Below the pieces are notes generated by a model. The model saw only the letters and a list, made by a program, of their open reading frames with translations. It ran no database searches and was not told where the DNA came from. DNA of 64,000 nt. Origin: an uncultured delta proteobacterium (GTDB taxonomy: Bacteria; Desulfobacterota; BSN033; UBA1163). Both the position numbers and the translations under genes were made by a program. Below, piece after piece: positions 9,720-20,967 of the stretch; the first letter of the stretch is position 1; each line of letters starts with the position of its first letter. Location of the stretch: NCBI GenBank assembly GCA_963708295.1, contig CAVPSJ010000017.1, positions 512,001 through 576,000 on the forward strand, given 5' to 3'.

Positions 9720-9816
9720 TTTTTGAAAAAGAATTCAAAGGGGTAGGGGAGGCCTCAGCCTCCCCTGTTTGCAAGTATTCTTTGCGCTATGCCCTATGCG
9801 CTTCGCGATGACCTTA

Positions 9817-10996
9817 CTACTTCGTGATTCTAACCCAGTCAGTCAGTCTCTCAACGGTCCCATCAGGGCGGACTTTCCCGTAAAATACGTGTTTCCCTCC
9901 TTGTCTTTCGTTCGCCGAATAAGTGATCGGGGGACCAATCCCTTTCCAATCCTTCAGAGTCTCCATGGCCTTGACCAGGTTCTCTGTCGTCAGGTTCTTG
10001 CCGGCCCTTCTCACGCCTTCCACAAAGGGTTCTGCGAACATAATCCCGGCATAATAGAAGACGCCCCATCTCTCCTGGGGCTCCAATTTTTTATGCCATT
10101 CCCGGTACTTCACCATCAGAGGATGATTGGAGTCTGGCAGCTCGGCAAAGTTGGAATTAATCATGCCGGCCCATAGACCCTTGGTGATCTGCAGCATCAA
10201 CGGCGAGTCGGAGAGCGTATTGCTGGTTGCCCATTGGGGCTTAAAACCGATTTTTGCCGTCTCTCCTAAAATGAGTGCAGCGTGGGTGGGCATACACCAC
10301 ATGACCACCGCCTCCGCCCCAGAATCTTTGAGCTTCAAGGCATGGGTGCTGAGATCCCGATCCGTCACCTCGGCCGAGACTTTCGCCACGAGATCAATCT
10401 TTTTTTCTTTCAGGTACCGCTCAACCCCCATGATCCCTTGCTTTCCGTAGTCGTCGTTCTGATAGAACACAGCGATCTTCTTGAAGCCCAGCTTTTCGTA
10501 AAGATAGCCGGTCAGGTTATAGGCTTCGTCATCATAAAGGGGATAGACGGCAAAAAGGTATTTCTGGAAAGGCTGGATCCAATTATAGACTCCTGTCGAC
10601 GGGGCCAACCCAGACGACCTTGTTCTCCATGAGATCATCCCGTACAGCCATGCCCGGCCCGACCCCAACGCCTCCAACGACCGCAAAGACTCCGATCTGT
10701 TCTATGAACTCCTTTGCAATGGCTTTGGTCTTAGCAGGCTGGTAAGCATCATCGCGGAGGAAATATTTGAACTTCCTTCCGTTGATGCCGCCTTCTTCAT
10801 TCAGGATTTTAAAGAAGAGGCCGCTTCCTCTGGCAACCGCCCCCCAGGGAGCGGCAGGTCCTGTTTGGGGTCCCCATTGACCCACGAGGATCTCAGTGTC
10901 TGTGACTCCGCGAACCTGTTGGGCAAGAGCGGGGTTGCGATTAAAAAAACCGTTACCATCAGCAGTCCGATAAGCAATCAAATTTTTCTTCAACAT
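9817..10996 (-). CDS. LIV-type ABC substrate-binding protein (frameshifted)
   Basis: ORFs 10583..10996 and 9817..10686 join: GGINGRK, DDAYQP, YQNDDYG; signal peptide also disrupted by indels. Confidence 0.85.
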
Positions 10997-11089
10997 TTTT
11001 CTCCTCCTTTCTAAGATTTATCTGACATTGAGATTTCTATCTCACTCATCGCCTCTCACCCAAATGGGAGAGGACTTTAAATGAGCTGT

Positions 11090-11965
11090 TCAAACCTTTT
11101 TTTCATAATGCCTGGCCAGGAGTCCACTCGGCCTGATGCACAGCATCAAAACAATGATGGCGAAGGCGACCACGGATTTAAATGCTAAGGAAACGTATCC
11201 GCCGAAAAGGTTTTCAATGATCCCCAACAAGGCTCCACCCACAGCGGAGCCCGGCAGGCTGGTCATTCCTCCCAATACGGCAGAGGCAAATCCCTTTAAA
11301 AGAGGGTCCATCATCATCGGAGGATCGAGTACGCCAAGAGCCGCAATGAGCATTCCCGCGACTGCGCCAACCATGGAACTGATGGCCCAGGTGAAAGAGA
11401 GAATCCGCTTGGTACGGATCCCCATGACCCGGGCGGCCAACGGGTTCTGCTGAGTGGCTCTCATGGCGATTCCTAATTTGGTGTAGCGGAAAAAGAGAAA
11501 GAGGACGAACATCAAGACGAAGCGAGATCAGGATGGTCCAGAAATTAATCTTGCTGATCAGGTAGACCGCCTGATATTGTACGTTTCCACACTGGAGACA
11601 GGAAAAGGAAATGGCCTTTGGTCAGGTCCCCATTTCCATCCGGCAAATCCCATCAGGACCATTTCGAAACCGAGGGTGATGATCATCAGTCCCAATACGT
11701 TGGGGTCTTTGGCTTGCCTCAAAAAGGCGATTTCAAAGAAGATGCCCAGAAGAATGGCGAAGAGGAATGTCAAAACCACGGCCCACGGAAAAGCGACGTG
11801 ATAACTATCCAGAATGGTGAAGGCCACGAAGGTGCTGACCATGGCCATTTCCCCCTGGGCAAAGTTGAGGACCTCAGAGGTTTTATAGATGATGACCATG
11901 GCAAGGGCCAGAAGAGAATAACAGGCTCCCACTGCCAAACCGCTCACAATCAGCTGACCAAACAT
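11090..11965 (-). CDS. LIV-type ABC permease (LivH-like, frameshifted near 11520-11570)
   Basis: VLNFAQGEM; GIAMRATQQN; AVLGGMTS. Confidence 0.87.
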
Positions 11966-11985
11966 GTGCCTTCCTCAAAAGACCT

Positions 11986-12088
11986 GGAGTGATGGAGATA
12001 TTGGAGTGTTGGGTTTATCCTATCTTTCAAGAGGGTATTATGCGTTTCCCTCCATTACTCCAATATTCCACTACTCCATTATTCCATT
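11986..12088. repeat. Periodic imperfect inverted repeat (GGAGTGATGG ... CCATTACTCC)
   Basis: ggagtgatggagatattggagtgttgg vs tccattactccaatattccactactccattattcc. Confidence 0.7.
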
Positions 12089-12093
12089 GTTTT

Positions 12094-13155
12094 CTAAAAG
12101 GGCCATGTCTTCCAGTAGCGTTTCATTCGAATCCAGAATCCAAAGATCCCTAAAGGCTCAAAGAGAACAATGAAGATCATGATCAATCCATAGACAATGA
12201 CAGCAACATTGGACATCCCTGCGATGTTCATATATTTCTGGGAAAAGGCGACCAGGGCCGGGCCGATCGCTGGAATATCCTGAATCGCCTGAAGTTTGAT
12301 GTCGAGATAGGTCATCAAAGCCGCTCCGGCGATGGAGCCCATGATGGACCCCAATCCTCCCACAACCACCATGGCCAAGAAGGTGATCGACATGATGAGG
12401 TGAAAGCTTTCAGGATTGATGAAACCGAGAATAAAGGCGTAGAGGCCGCCTGCAATCCCGGTGTAAAAGGCGCTCACTGCAAAGGCGAGGGTCTTGTAAT
12501 AAGTCAGGTTCACTCCCATCGCTTCGGCAGCGATGTCACTATCCCGAATGGCAATGAAGGCCCGTCCCACCCTTGTTTTTATCAATTTCATGGCTCCGAT
12601 GACCATGACCACGGCGATCGCCATGATCAGATAATAGAAATGAATATCTTTCATGGGAGTCCCGAAGAAAAAGAGCTTCGGAGCTTGAAGCCCCATCCTT
12701 CCCCCAAAAAATTCCATATGCTTGATGATGGTGGTGATGGTCATGCCGAAACCGAGCGTTGCAATCGCGAGATAGGGCCCTTTCAGACGAAGGGCTGGAA
12801 GTCCCAGAATAAATCCAAAGCCGGAAGAGATGAACCCTGCAATGGGAAGGGCGATCCAGAGAGGGAGGCTCCATTTCAATATGAGGATAACGGTCGTGAA
12901 GGCTCCGATGGCGAAAAATCCCGCATGACCCAACGATACCTGGCCTGTGTATCCGACGAGGATATTCAGGCCGACCGCGACCAGGGCATGGATGGTAATC
13001 AGATTGACGATGTAGATGGACATCCCGAGGAGATGGTAATGTTTGACCAGCCAGGGCAAAACGATCAAAAATAACAGGAAGAGCATCGACCAGACAAAGA
13101 TCGTCGTGCTCTTAAAAAGCTCGATGTCTTCATAATAGTCACGCTTGATGTCCAT
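12094..13155 (-). CDS. LIV-type ABC permease (LivM-like)
   Basis: GYTGQVSLGHAGF, LRLKGPYLAIATL, AIRDSDIAA. Confidence 0.92.
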   Translation of the reverse strand: MDIKRDYYEDIELFKSTTIFVWSMLFLLFLIVLPWLVKHYHLLGMSIYIVNLITIHALVAVGLNILVGYTGQVSLGHAGFFAIGAFTTVILILKWSLPLWIALPIAGFISSGFGFILGLPALRLKGPYLAIATLGFGMTITTIIKHMEFFGGRMGLQAPKLFFFGTPMKDIHFYYLIMAIAVVMVIGAMKLIKTRVGRAFIAIRDSDIAAEAMGVNLTYYKTLAFAVSAFYTGIAGGLYAFILGFINPESFHLIMSITFLAMVVVGGLGSIMGSIAGAALMTYLDIKLQAIQDIPAIGPALVAFSQKYMNIAGMSNVAVIVYGLIMIFIVLFEPLGIFGFWIRMKRYWKTWPF

Positions 13156-13177
13156 GGGAATCCCTACGGGGCGGAGT

Positions 13178-14886
13178 TCATTTTAATCCCCGTTTGGCTC
13201 TCTCTTCTTGGGCCAGCACACGGCGCAACACTTTGCCTACCATCGACTTTGGCAAACCGTCGCGAAACTCGATATGCTTCGGGACCTTGTAGGGGGCCAG
13301 TTTCTGCCGGCAATACTGGCGGATCTCATCAGCTGTCGCCTCCTGTCCGGACCGGAGGACCACCCAGGCCTTGACCGCCTCTCCTTGATAGTCGTCGGGC
13401 ACACCGGCAACGCCCACCTCGAGGACGGCCGGATAGGACGACACGACTTCCTCCACTTCGCGCGGCCAGACCTGAAAGCCGCTGGGCTTGATGACATCCT
13501 TCTTGCGGTCGACGATAAAGATGTAACCGTCTTGGTCCATATAGCCGAGGTCACCCGTGTGGAGCCAGGGACCTCCTTCGCCGTGGACTCGAAGAACTCC
13601 GGCGGTCTCCTCGGGATTCTGCCAGTAGCCCTTCATGAGCTGAGGAGCGCGGAGAAGAAGCTCTCCTACTTCGCCGGTTGGAAGTCTCTTGTCCCCGGTG
13701 TCCGGATCGACGATGCGCACTTCCACATCCGGCAGCGGCATCCCGATGGATCCGACCTTCTTCTCTCCCAGGGCAGGATTGACCGTGCAGGCCATCATGG
13801 CCTCGGTCAGGGAATACCCTTCCAGGATGCGGCCTCCGGTCAGTTCCTCAAAGGACTTCTTCGTTTCGGCCATGAGAGCTGCCGCCCCTGAGATGCACAG
13901 CTTGATCGACTTGAAATCGACTTTGCCCGCCTTCACGTCGGGATGGTTTAGAAGGGCGATGAATAACGTGGGGACGCTGACAAAGAAGGTGGGACGGTCC
14001 TTGCGGATGGCATGAAGGACGTCCTTGATGTCGCGCGGGTTTGGAATGAGCGAAAGCGCGCTTCCGCTCACAAAGACGTTGCACTGGATCCCTGCGTTCG
14101 CGTACACGTGAAAGAGGGGCAGGGGCAGCATGACGATATCTTGCGACTCGCTCTTCAGGTTCTCAACCCATGATTTCAGTTGAAGCCCGGAACTGACGAG
14201 ACAACGGTGAGTCCCCACGGCGCCCTTGGGGGTTCCCGTCGTCCCGCCGCTGAGCAGGATGATGGCGGGATCGTCCGGGCTGACCGGCACACGGGCCTTC
14301 CTCTCGGGTCCCGTGGTCTTTAACAGGTCGCTGAACCAGAAGTCCTCGGGCTGGAGACGGATCCGGTGTCCTTCTTTCTTTTCTTTGACGAGGGTGAAGA
14401 GGAAGCGTAGTACCGGCGGAAGGAATTCCTTGATATTGCTAGCGATGACCCGCTTCACTTTTGTATTCGGCTGGATGGACTTGACCCGGTTGTAGAAGAG
14501 GGTGAGGGTGACAATCGTTTCCGGTGCACAATTGACAAGAGGGCCTTCCAACTCACTTTCGGTATAGATCGGGTTGAGGGGTAATACCGTTGCTCCGGCT
14601 TTCCAGGCACCCAGTTCCGCAATGATGAACTGAGGACAATTGGGCAAGAGTAAGGCGACACGATCGCCCTTCTTCACACCCCGCTCACTCAGAGCCACAG
14701 CAAAGGCGTCGCTCAGCTTCTCCAATTCACCGTAAGTGACGCGCAATCCCTTGAACAAGAGTGCCGGATCATCAGGGTGCTCTCTGGCCACATCAGCAAT
14801 GTAGTCCAGAAGGGTCCTCTCAGGATAGGGGCGAGTGTTCTGGGAACATCCTCGTCGTAGTGACTGAACCAAGGGGTCTGTTCCAT
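13178..14886 (-). CDS. Long-chain fatty acid--CoA ligase (frameshift near N-terminus)
   Basis: SGGTTGTPKG, EGYSLTE, WLHTGD, LPKSMVGK; likely start MEQTPWFSHYDEDVP after ggaggtg at 14886. Confidence 0.9.
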
Positions 14887-15165
14887 AGGTCACCTCCTTG
14901 AAGCGGGGGCGGAGGATGGCCGCCCCATGAAATGTGGAAGATTTGGTTTTAAAGATAGCCATCAGCAGGGATCAACGCTGCCACCCAATCCGCAAAGGCA
15001 GCCAAGCTGCCTTCATTAAGTTGAATGACCGTTTGATTATTATAGTCGTCCGTTAACCCTTGTCAATCTTTTTTTGAGATGTTTTTGCGGTAGGCTGTCA
15101 CCCTCCTTCCGTCCCCATCCGGTTTACTCCCTCCCCCAGTTTATGCCCGCCCGTAACCAGCGTAA

Positions 15166-15303
15166 ATCCCTTCCGAGGCTTCATAAGGCCCGCGTTAAGG
15201 GTAAACGGGATGAGTGTGTGGAATGACTTCGAAACCTGGTCTTCCTATTCAACCTCATGCAGTCAAACCTGAAGCGGTTGGGCCGATGAAGCCTCTTCAG
15301 GGA
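15166..15303. mobile_element. MITE-like element
   Basis: ATCCCTTCCGAGGCTTCAT ... ATGAAGCCTCTTCAGGGAT inverted ends; homologous pieces at 24530-24645 (rev) and 55680-55705. Confidence 0.55.
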
Positions 15304-15374
15304 TCCACCCTGATCGCGGGCGATAATTATTCAGCCCATAGAAAAGAAATTGGGGCGCAGGGCCATGAATTTGA

Positions 15375-15490
15375 TTGACAGGCTCCTTTACTTTGATACA
15401 ATGATGGGGCCCCAGTCTCCAGGATTCTTTTGCCAAAAGAGAAGAAAAGGGTGATTCCGGGGTTGACTTTTCAGGAAGGTCTTATAGAAT
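15375..15490 (+). promoter_or_regulatory. Two tandem sigma70-like promoters upstream of tRNA-Val
   Basis: TTGACA-N16-TACAAT (15375-15402) and TTGACT-N16-TAGAAT (15463-15490). Confidence 0.6.
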
Positions 15491-15504
15491 ATAGAGTTGA
15501 TACA

Positions 15505-15579
15505 GGGCGCTTAGTTCAGGGGGAGAACGCCTGCTTCACACGCAGGAAGTCAGAGGTTCAAATCCTCTAGCGCCCACCA
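15505..15579 (+). tRNA. tRNA-Val(CAC)
   Basis: GGGCGCT acceptor stem, anticodon arm cctgc-ttCACac-gcagg, GGTTCAAATCC T-loop, encoded CCA. Confidence 0.96.
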
Positions 15580-15630
15580 TCCTGTAGGGGCAAGGTTCAT
15601 GAATTGCCCTTACTTTCGAGAGAGAAAGAT

Positions 15631-16381
15631 ATGTCCGGACATTCAAAGTGGAGTACGATCAAGCGGAAGAAGGGGGCGGCGGACGCCAAACGAGGAAAGC
15701 TTTTCACCAAGATCATCAAAGAAATCATGGTCGCAGCCCGCATGGGCGGAGGGGACATGAATGCCAATCCGAGGCTCCGATCCGCTATCCTCGCGGCTAA
15801 AGCCGAGAACATGCCAAAGGACAACATTGACCGGGCGATCAAGAAAGGGACCGGAGGAGCTGGAAGGGGTCAACTATGAAGAATTGACTTACGAAGGGTA
15901 CGGCCCCGGAGGCGTGGCCATGCTGGTGGAGGTATTGACGGATAATAAGAACCGGACGGTGGCCGATGTGAGGCACACCTTTTCCAAATACAACGGCAGC
16001 CTTGGCGAAAATGGCTGCGTTTCGTGGATGTTCGAAAAGAAAGGGTTAATTATCATCGAAAAGAATGGAGTCGATGAAGATCGTTTGATGGAGGTGGCCT
16101 TAGAGGCGGGCGCCCTGGATGTGAAGGATTCGGGAAGAGAATTTGAGGTAACGACCGATCCGGGGAGTTTTGAAGGAGTGAAGAAGGCGCTTGAGAAAGC
16201 TGGTTTTAAGTACAACTATTCTGAGGTTACCATGGTCGCCCAAAGCAATATTCGTCTGAGCGGAAAAGAAGCGGAGCAGATGCTGAAATTAATGGAAGGT
16301 CTTGAAGATTCTGACGATGTCCAGAAGGTTTACGGCAATTTTGACATTGCCGAAGAGGAGATGGAACGACTCAGTGCATAA
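15631..16381 (+). CDS. yebC: YebC/PmpR family regulator (frameshift near 15857)
   Basis: [14 protein letters not shown]...YEGYGPGG...[10 protein letters not shown]. Confidence 0.93.
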
Positions 16382-16465
16382 ACATCCCCGTCTCCGTTAG
16401 CTTATCAGCCACCCCCTTCTAAAGGAAAGTGCTCGGGTGGCTTTTTCACATCTGGGGGGATATTT

Positions 16466-16954
16466 TTGGTGAAGGCGATTGGAATCGATCCGGGGTTGGC
16501 GATGACAGGGTTTGGAGTCGTCGAAGCTCTTGCCCGGGGAGGCAAGGCCTGTGATTGGGGAGCGATTCGAACCGAGCCGGGTTCGCCCGTCCCTCTCCGC
16601 TTAAGAACGATCTATGATGAACTCCATGGACTTCTTAAGAAATGGAACCCCGGCCTTCTCGCCTTAGAAGAGGTTTTCGTGTTGAAACAATTTCCCAAGG
16701 CCGCCATTCAACTCGGAGAAGTGAGAGGGATCGTCTACCTGGCGGCTCAAGAGATGGGCATTCCCGTGATCGACCTGAAACCGACGGAAGTGAAGAGCGC
16801 CCTAACCGGAAGCGGTCGGGCGGACAAGGAACAGATGAAAAAGGCCATTCGCCAGATTCTCAGGATCGAGAATTCTGTTAGCTCAAGCCATGCAGGGGAT
16901 GCCCTGGCCCTGGCCTTAACGGGCCTTTCTCGAAGCAAGGATTTTCGATGGTAA
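16466..16954 (+). CDS. ruvC: Holliday junction resolvase RuvC
   Basis: IGIDPG...LEEVF...GSGRADK...DALALA. Confidence 0.93.
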   Translation: MVKAIGIDPGLAMTGFGVVEALARGGKACDWGAIRTEPGSPVPLRLRTIYDELHGLLKKWNPGLLALEEVFVLKQFPKAAIQLGEVRGIVYLAAQEMGIPVIDLKPTEVKSALTGSGRADKEQMKKAIRQILRIENSVSSSHAGDALALALTGLSRSKDFRW

Positions 16955-16973
16955 GCCCTGCTTTTCAGCAGAG

Positions 16974-17105
16974 AAATACGAAATTCGAAGCACGAAATTC
17001 GAAACAAGCACGAATGTTCAAGGTACCAACATCACAAACGAAAGAAAGTTTAGGATTTTGAAATTTGGATTTGTTTCGGGCTTCGATATTCGGATTTCGG
17101 ATTTT
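16974..17105. repeat. 7-nt periodic imperfect inverted repeat
   Basis: aaattcgaagcacgaaattcgaaac ... gtttcgggcttcgatattcggatttcggatttt. Confidence 0.75.
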
Positions 17106-17179
17106 GCCATGGGTGAGATACTTAGAGCTGAGAGGGCAGGAACGACCAGCTCGTAAGCGGGGATGAAGGTGGTAAAAAC

Positions 17180-17812
17180 ATGATCCGCTATATCGAAGGG
17201 AAATTGCTCAAAAAAGAGGAAGACAGAATCGTTGTGTTGGCAAACGGCGTAGGCTATGAGATTCTCCTTCCTGCCATCGTTCGACAGACCTTCAACGCCA
17301 AGCGGGCGGGGGAAGATGGGGAGCCCGTGAGGCTGTTTATTTATTACCACCAGACAGAGCGCCAACCCAAACCCCTCCTCATCGGGTTCAACGTCGAACC
17401 CGAGAAGGAGTTCTTTGAGAAATTCATCACCGTGGAAGACATCGGCCCACCCACAGCAGCGAAAGCCCTGGTGATGCCCATTGCCAGGATCGCCAAGGCC
17501 ATCGAAGAACGGGATTCGAAGACCCTTGAGAGGCTGAAGGGGATCGGAAAGAGGACAGCGGACAAGATCATTGCTACCCTTCAGGGGAAGGTGGGGAAGT
17601 TTGCGCTCATGAGATCCGATCAGATTCCTGGGGATGAGGAGATGGTGGACTTTAAGAAGCAGGTGGAAGAGGTCTTAGTCAAGGATCTTGGCCACAAATT
17701 AAGTGAAGCGCAGAGACTGGTGAAAGAGGCGATGATGAGGAATCCGAGCATCTCCACGCCGGAAGAATTGTTTGAGGAGGTCTATCGAGGTGAGAAGGAT
17801 GTCCCCTCTTAG
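17180..17812 (+). CDS. ruvA: Holliday junction branch migration protein RuvA
   Basis: GVGYEI, HhH motifs IGPPTA and LKGIGKRTA; lies between ruvC and ruvB. Confidence 0.9.
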   Translation: MIRYIEGKLLKKEEDRIVVLANGVGYEILLPAIVRQTFNAKRAGEDGEPVRLFIYYHQTERQPKPLLIGFNVEPEKEFFEKFITVEDIGPPTAAKALVMPIARIAKAIEERDSKTLERLKGIGKRTADKIIATLQGKVGKFALMRSDQIPGDEEMVDFKKQVEEVLVKDLGHKLSEAQRLVKEAMMRNPSISTPEELFEEVYRGEKDVPS

Positions 17813-17878
17813 ACCGTTCAAATTCCCCCAACCTTCCCTTTCTTAAAGGGGAATGTGTGAAGAAATTGTATTTAAGTC

Positions 17879-17967
17879 GTCACCCCGGTGGAAACCGGGG
17901 TCCAGTCAGTTCGTAATGTCTCGTAATATCCCGAAAACACTGGATTCCGGCTTTCGCCGGAATGACG
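17879..17967. repeat. REP-like inverted pair (GTCACCCCGG..GGGGTCCAG / CTGGATTCCGG..CCGGAATGAC)
   Basis: Two short hairpins in inverted orientation. Confidence 0.65.
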
Positions 17968-18052
17968 GCGAAAAGAACAGAATCAATTTTTTTACAGCTA
18001 CTGAGGGCGAGGGGGATTAAAGATTTTGCATCTTTCTCATAAAGAGGAACAT

Positions 18053-19117
18053 ATGAAGATATCCGAAGAGGAGACAAAACCGGATCTGGAGAAAAGCGTT
18101 GAGGAGAGCCAGCCGGAAGTTGAAGATTATCTCGACCTGAGGCCTCGTCAGCTCTCCGAATACATCGGACAAAAACAGGTGGTGGAAACCCTGGAGATCG
18201 CCATTCAGGCCGCGAAGAAAAGGGGGGAGCCCCTGGACCACGTCCTTTTTCATGCCCCTCCGGGGTTAGGAAAAACCACGCTTGCCCATATCATTGCCAC
18301 CGAGATGGAGGTTCGTATCGTGACCACCTCCGGGCCGGCCATTGAAAAAGGGGGAGATCTCATCAGCATTCTGACCCATCTTGAAAGAGGGGATGTCCTT
18401 TTCATTGATGAAGTACACCGTCTCCCCAAGGTCGTAGAAGAATTTCTCTATCCCGCGATGGAAGATTTTTGTATCGATTTCATTTTTGATAAAGGATCTC
18501 ATGCCAGAAGCCACCGATATCGGTTGGAAAGGTTTACCCTCGTCGGGGCAACCACGCGGGCCGGGCTCCTGTCTGCACCCCTTCGAGAACGTTTTGGAAT
18601 TTTGAGAAACCTCGATTTTTATGCGGTCGACGAACTCTGTCAGGTCGTCAGGCGTTCTGCCGCTCTCCTGGGGATCCCCGTCGATGAAAAAGGGACAGAA
18701 GAAATTGCCAAGCGGTCAAGAGGGACACCGAGGATTTCGAATCGTCTCCTGAAAAGGGTGAGGGATTTTGCCGAGATTCGAGGCCAGGGGAAGATTGACA
18801 AAGCCATCGCCGATGCGGCGCTTCGTCTCGAAGGAGTGGATGAGATCGGATTAACCAGTCTTGATCGTAGGTTCCTGGAGACCATCATCCGTTATTACAA
18901 CGGAGGGCCTGTGGGTCTTGAGGCGATTGCCGCTACGCTCCAGGAAGAAGCCGACACGCTGGTGGATATGATCGAGCCTTTTCTCCTCAAGATCGGATTC
19001 GTGGCAAGGATGCAGAATGGAAGGAGAGCCACGGAGCTGGCCTACCAGCATTTTGGAATTTCGTATTCAGAATCAGGGAGACAACTCTCCCTTCCCACCC
19101 GAAAGAAACATTCGTAG
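18053..19117 (+). CDS. ruvB: Holliday junction helicase RuvB
   Basis: [32 protein letters not shown]. Confidence 0.96.
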   Translation: MKISEEETKPDLEKSVEESQPEVEDYLDLRPRQLSEYIGQKQVVETLEIAIQAAKKRGEPLDHVLFHAPPGLGKTTLAHIIATEMEVRIVTTSGPAIEKGGDLISILTHLERGDVLFIDEVHRLPKVVEEFLYPAMEDFCIDFIFDKGSHARSHRYRLERFTLVGATTRAGLLSAPLRERFGILRNLDFYAVDELCQVVRRSAALLGIPVDEKGTEEIAKRSRGTPRISNRLLKRVRDFAEIRGQGKIDKAIADAALRLEGVDEIGLTSLDRRFLETIIRYYNGGPVGLEAIAATLQEEADTLVDMIEPFLLKIGFVARMQNGRRATELAYQHFGISYSESGRQLSLPTRKKHS

Positions 19118-19161
19118 TTTTTTAGCTTGACAACCCTTTCCCCTTTGTGTAGCATTTCTTA

Positions 19162-19289
19162 GCCATTCCTTGGACTGAGGCTGATGAAGTGCAACCGCGC
19201 TAATCCATTCAGAATTTAAGCTTATCCCTGGGAGGATCGATGAAGGCTCCGTACATTGTATCCATGATACGTGGTAGGGAGCTTTTTTT
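19162..19289 (+). ncRNA. Candidate structured sRNA or attenuator leader
   Basis: TTGACA-N17-TAGCAT (19127-19155), rod-like pairing, then hairpin ggctccgtac...gtagggagc followed by T-run. Confidence 0.4.
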
Positions 19290-19317
19290 ATTTTAACTTT
19301 CCGAAGAAGAAATACGT

Positions 19318-20967
19318 ATGGCGAAAAGAACACCCGATCGCGGGCGTTTAAGGAAAGAGCCGGGCCAGCTCCGACGGGTTCGAGAAGTGCTGCGCGAAAG
19401 CGAGGAGAAATCCCGCGCCATTCTCCAGAGCATCGAGGAGCTTTATTACGAGGTTGATCTCTCGGGAAATCTGGTGACCTTCAATCATTCCATGAGCGAG
19501 ATTCTCGGATATTCGAAAGAAGAATTGATGGGCATGAATAATCGGCGGTATATGGATGAAGAGACAGCCAGGAAGGTCTATCAAACGTTTAACCGGGTCT
19601 ACGAAACGGGCCTTCCGACCAAAGCCTTCGACTGGGATCTCATTAGAAAAGACGGCGCCCGGAGGATTCTTGAGACCTCTGTCTCGCTCATGCGCGATGC
19701 CAGAGGCCGGCCCATCGGGTTTTATGGCATCGGACGGGATATCACTGAACGCAAACAGGCGGAGAGGGTCCTGCGGGAGAGTGAGGAAAAGTATCGGACG
19801 ACCCTTCAGAGTATCGAGGAGGGGTATTATGAAGTGGATCTCGCCGGAAACCTGACCTTCTTCAACAATGCCCTCGTCAGGTTTTCCGGATATTCGAAAG
19901 AGGAATTGATGGGCATGAATAGCAGGAGGTTGATGACAGACGAGTCCGCCAAGAAAATGTCTCAAATTTCCGGCGAGGTGTATCAAACGGGGGAACCCGC
20001 AAATCCCTTCGACTGGGAAATGGTCAGAAAAGAAGGCACCAAGAGATTCATCGAAACCTCCGTTTCACTCGTGCAGGATTCAAGGGGCAAGACGATCGGG
20101 TTTCGAGGGATTGCGCGCGATGTCACCGATCGCAAGAGAATCGAAGAACAAGCCAAGATTCATCAACAACAATTGATGCAGGCAGGAAAGATGGTCGCCC
20201 TGGGCACACTGGTTTCGAGTGTTGCTCATGAGATCAACAATCCAAACAATTTTATCATGTTAAACACGCCACTCCTGTCCGAGGCATGGGAGGGTGTCCT
20301 ACCCATCCTGGATGAGTATTATGAGAAGAACGGCGACTTTGCAATCGGCGGCATGAAGTATACGGAGATGCGGGACGGTATCGGAGTGTTATTTTCCGGA
20401 ATACGGGACGGGTCAAAGCGGATCAAGCAGATCGTCGAAGACTTAAAGGACTTTGTGAGAAGAGACACCTCGGATATGACCCAATCCGTAGATATGAACG
20501 CTGTGTTAAAGTCTGCGATCTCGCTCCTCTCGAATACGATTATGAAGTCCACGAATCATTTTTCAGTCGCCTACGGAAAGGATCTACCGCTCTTAAAGGG
20601 TAATTTCCAACGGTTTGAGCAAGTCATGATCAACCTGATTCAAAACGCCTGCCAGGCGCTCCCGGATAACCGGAAGGGTATTCGTGTGTCGACTTCTTAC
20701 GAGGAGAAAAAGCCCAGCATGGTCGTTGAAGTCGAGGATGAGGGCACGGGGATTCCTTCGGAAATGCTATCTCATATTACCGACCCTTTCTTTACGACCA
20801 AGTCCGATTCAGGAGGCCTTGGGTTGGGTTTATCCATTTCTTCAAGAATTGTAAAAGAGAGTGGGGGAACATTGACCTTCACCTCGGAGCCCGGAAAGGG
20901 GACCCGGGCTAAGATTGTGCTTCCTATTTTCGAGGCGAATTCAGCCACGATGGAGATGAAAGAATGA
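19318..20967 (+). CDS. PAS-PAS sensor histidine kinase
   Basis: Two homologous PAS/PAC repeats, AHEINNP H-box, DPFFTTK, GLGLGLS. Confidence 0.93.
   Translation: MAKRTPDRGRLRKEPGQLRRVREVLRESEEKSRAILQSIEELYYEVDLSGNLVTFNHSMSEILGYSKEELMGMNNRRYMDEETARKVYQTFNRVYETGLPTKAFDWDLIRKDGARRILETSVSLMRDARGRPIGFYGIGRDITERKQAERVLRESEEKYRTTLQSIEEGYYEVDLAGNLTFFNNALVRFSGYSKEELMGMNSRRLMTDESAKKMSQISGEVYQTGEPANPFDWEMVRKEGTKRFIETSVSLVQDSRGKTIGFRGIARDVTDRKRIEEQAKIHQQQLMQAGKMVALGTLVSSVAHEINNPNNFIMLNTPLLSEAWEGVLPILDEYYEKNGDFAIGGMKYTEMRDGIGVLFSGIRDGSKRIKQIVEDLKDFVRRDTSDMTQSVDMNAVLKSAISLLSNTIMKSTNHFSVAYGKDLPLLKGNFQRFEQVMINLIQNACQALPDNRKGIRVSTSYEEKKPSMVVEVEDEGTGIPSEMLSHITDPFFTTKSDSGGLGLGLSISSRIVKESGGTLTFTSEPGKGTRAKIVLPIFEANSATMEMKE

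Noticed and set aside
15098-15184. Minus-strand mini-ORF MKPRKGFTLV resembling a prepilin leader
   Set aside because: No Glu+5 or hydrophobic helix, and it starts within a repeat whose other copies do not conserve the peptide
15505-15630. tRNA-Val as an island integration site
   Set aside because: Followed directly by yebC-ruvCAB; no integrase or duplicated tRNA 3' end seen
19156-19225. SAM-I or fluoride riboswitch (ggactg..gatgaag..gcaacc..gctaatcc)
   Set aside because: Only fragmentary resemblance; the ATCAAGAG/P1 core is absent and the downstream genes do not fit
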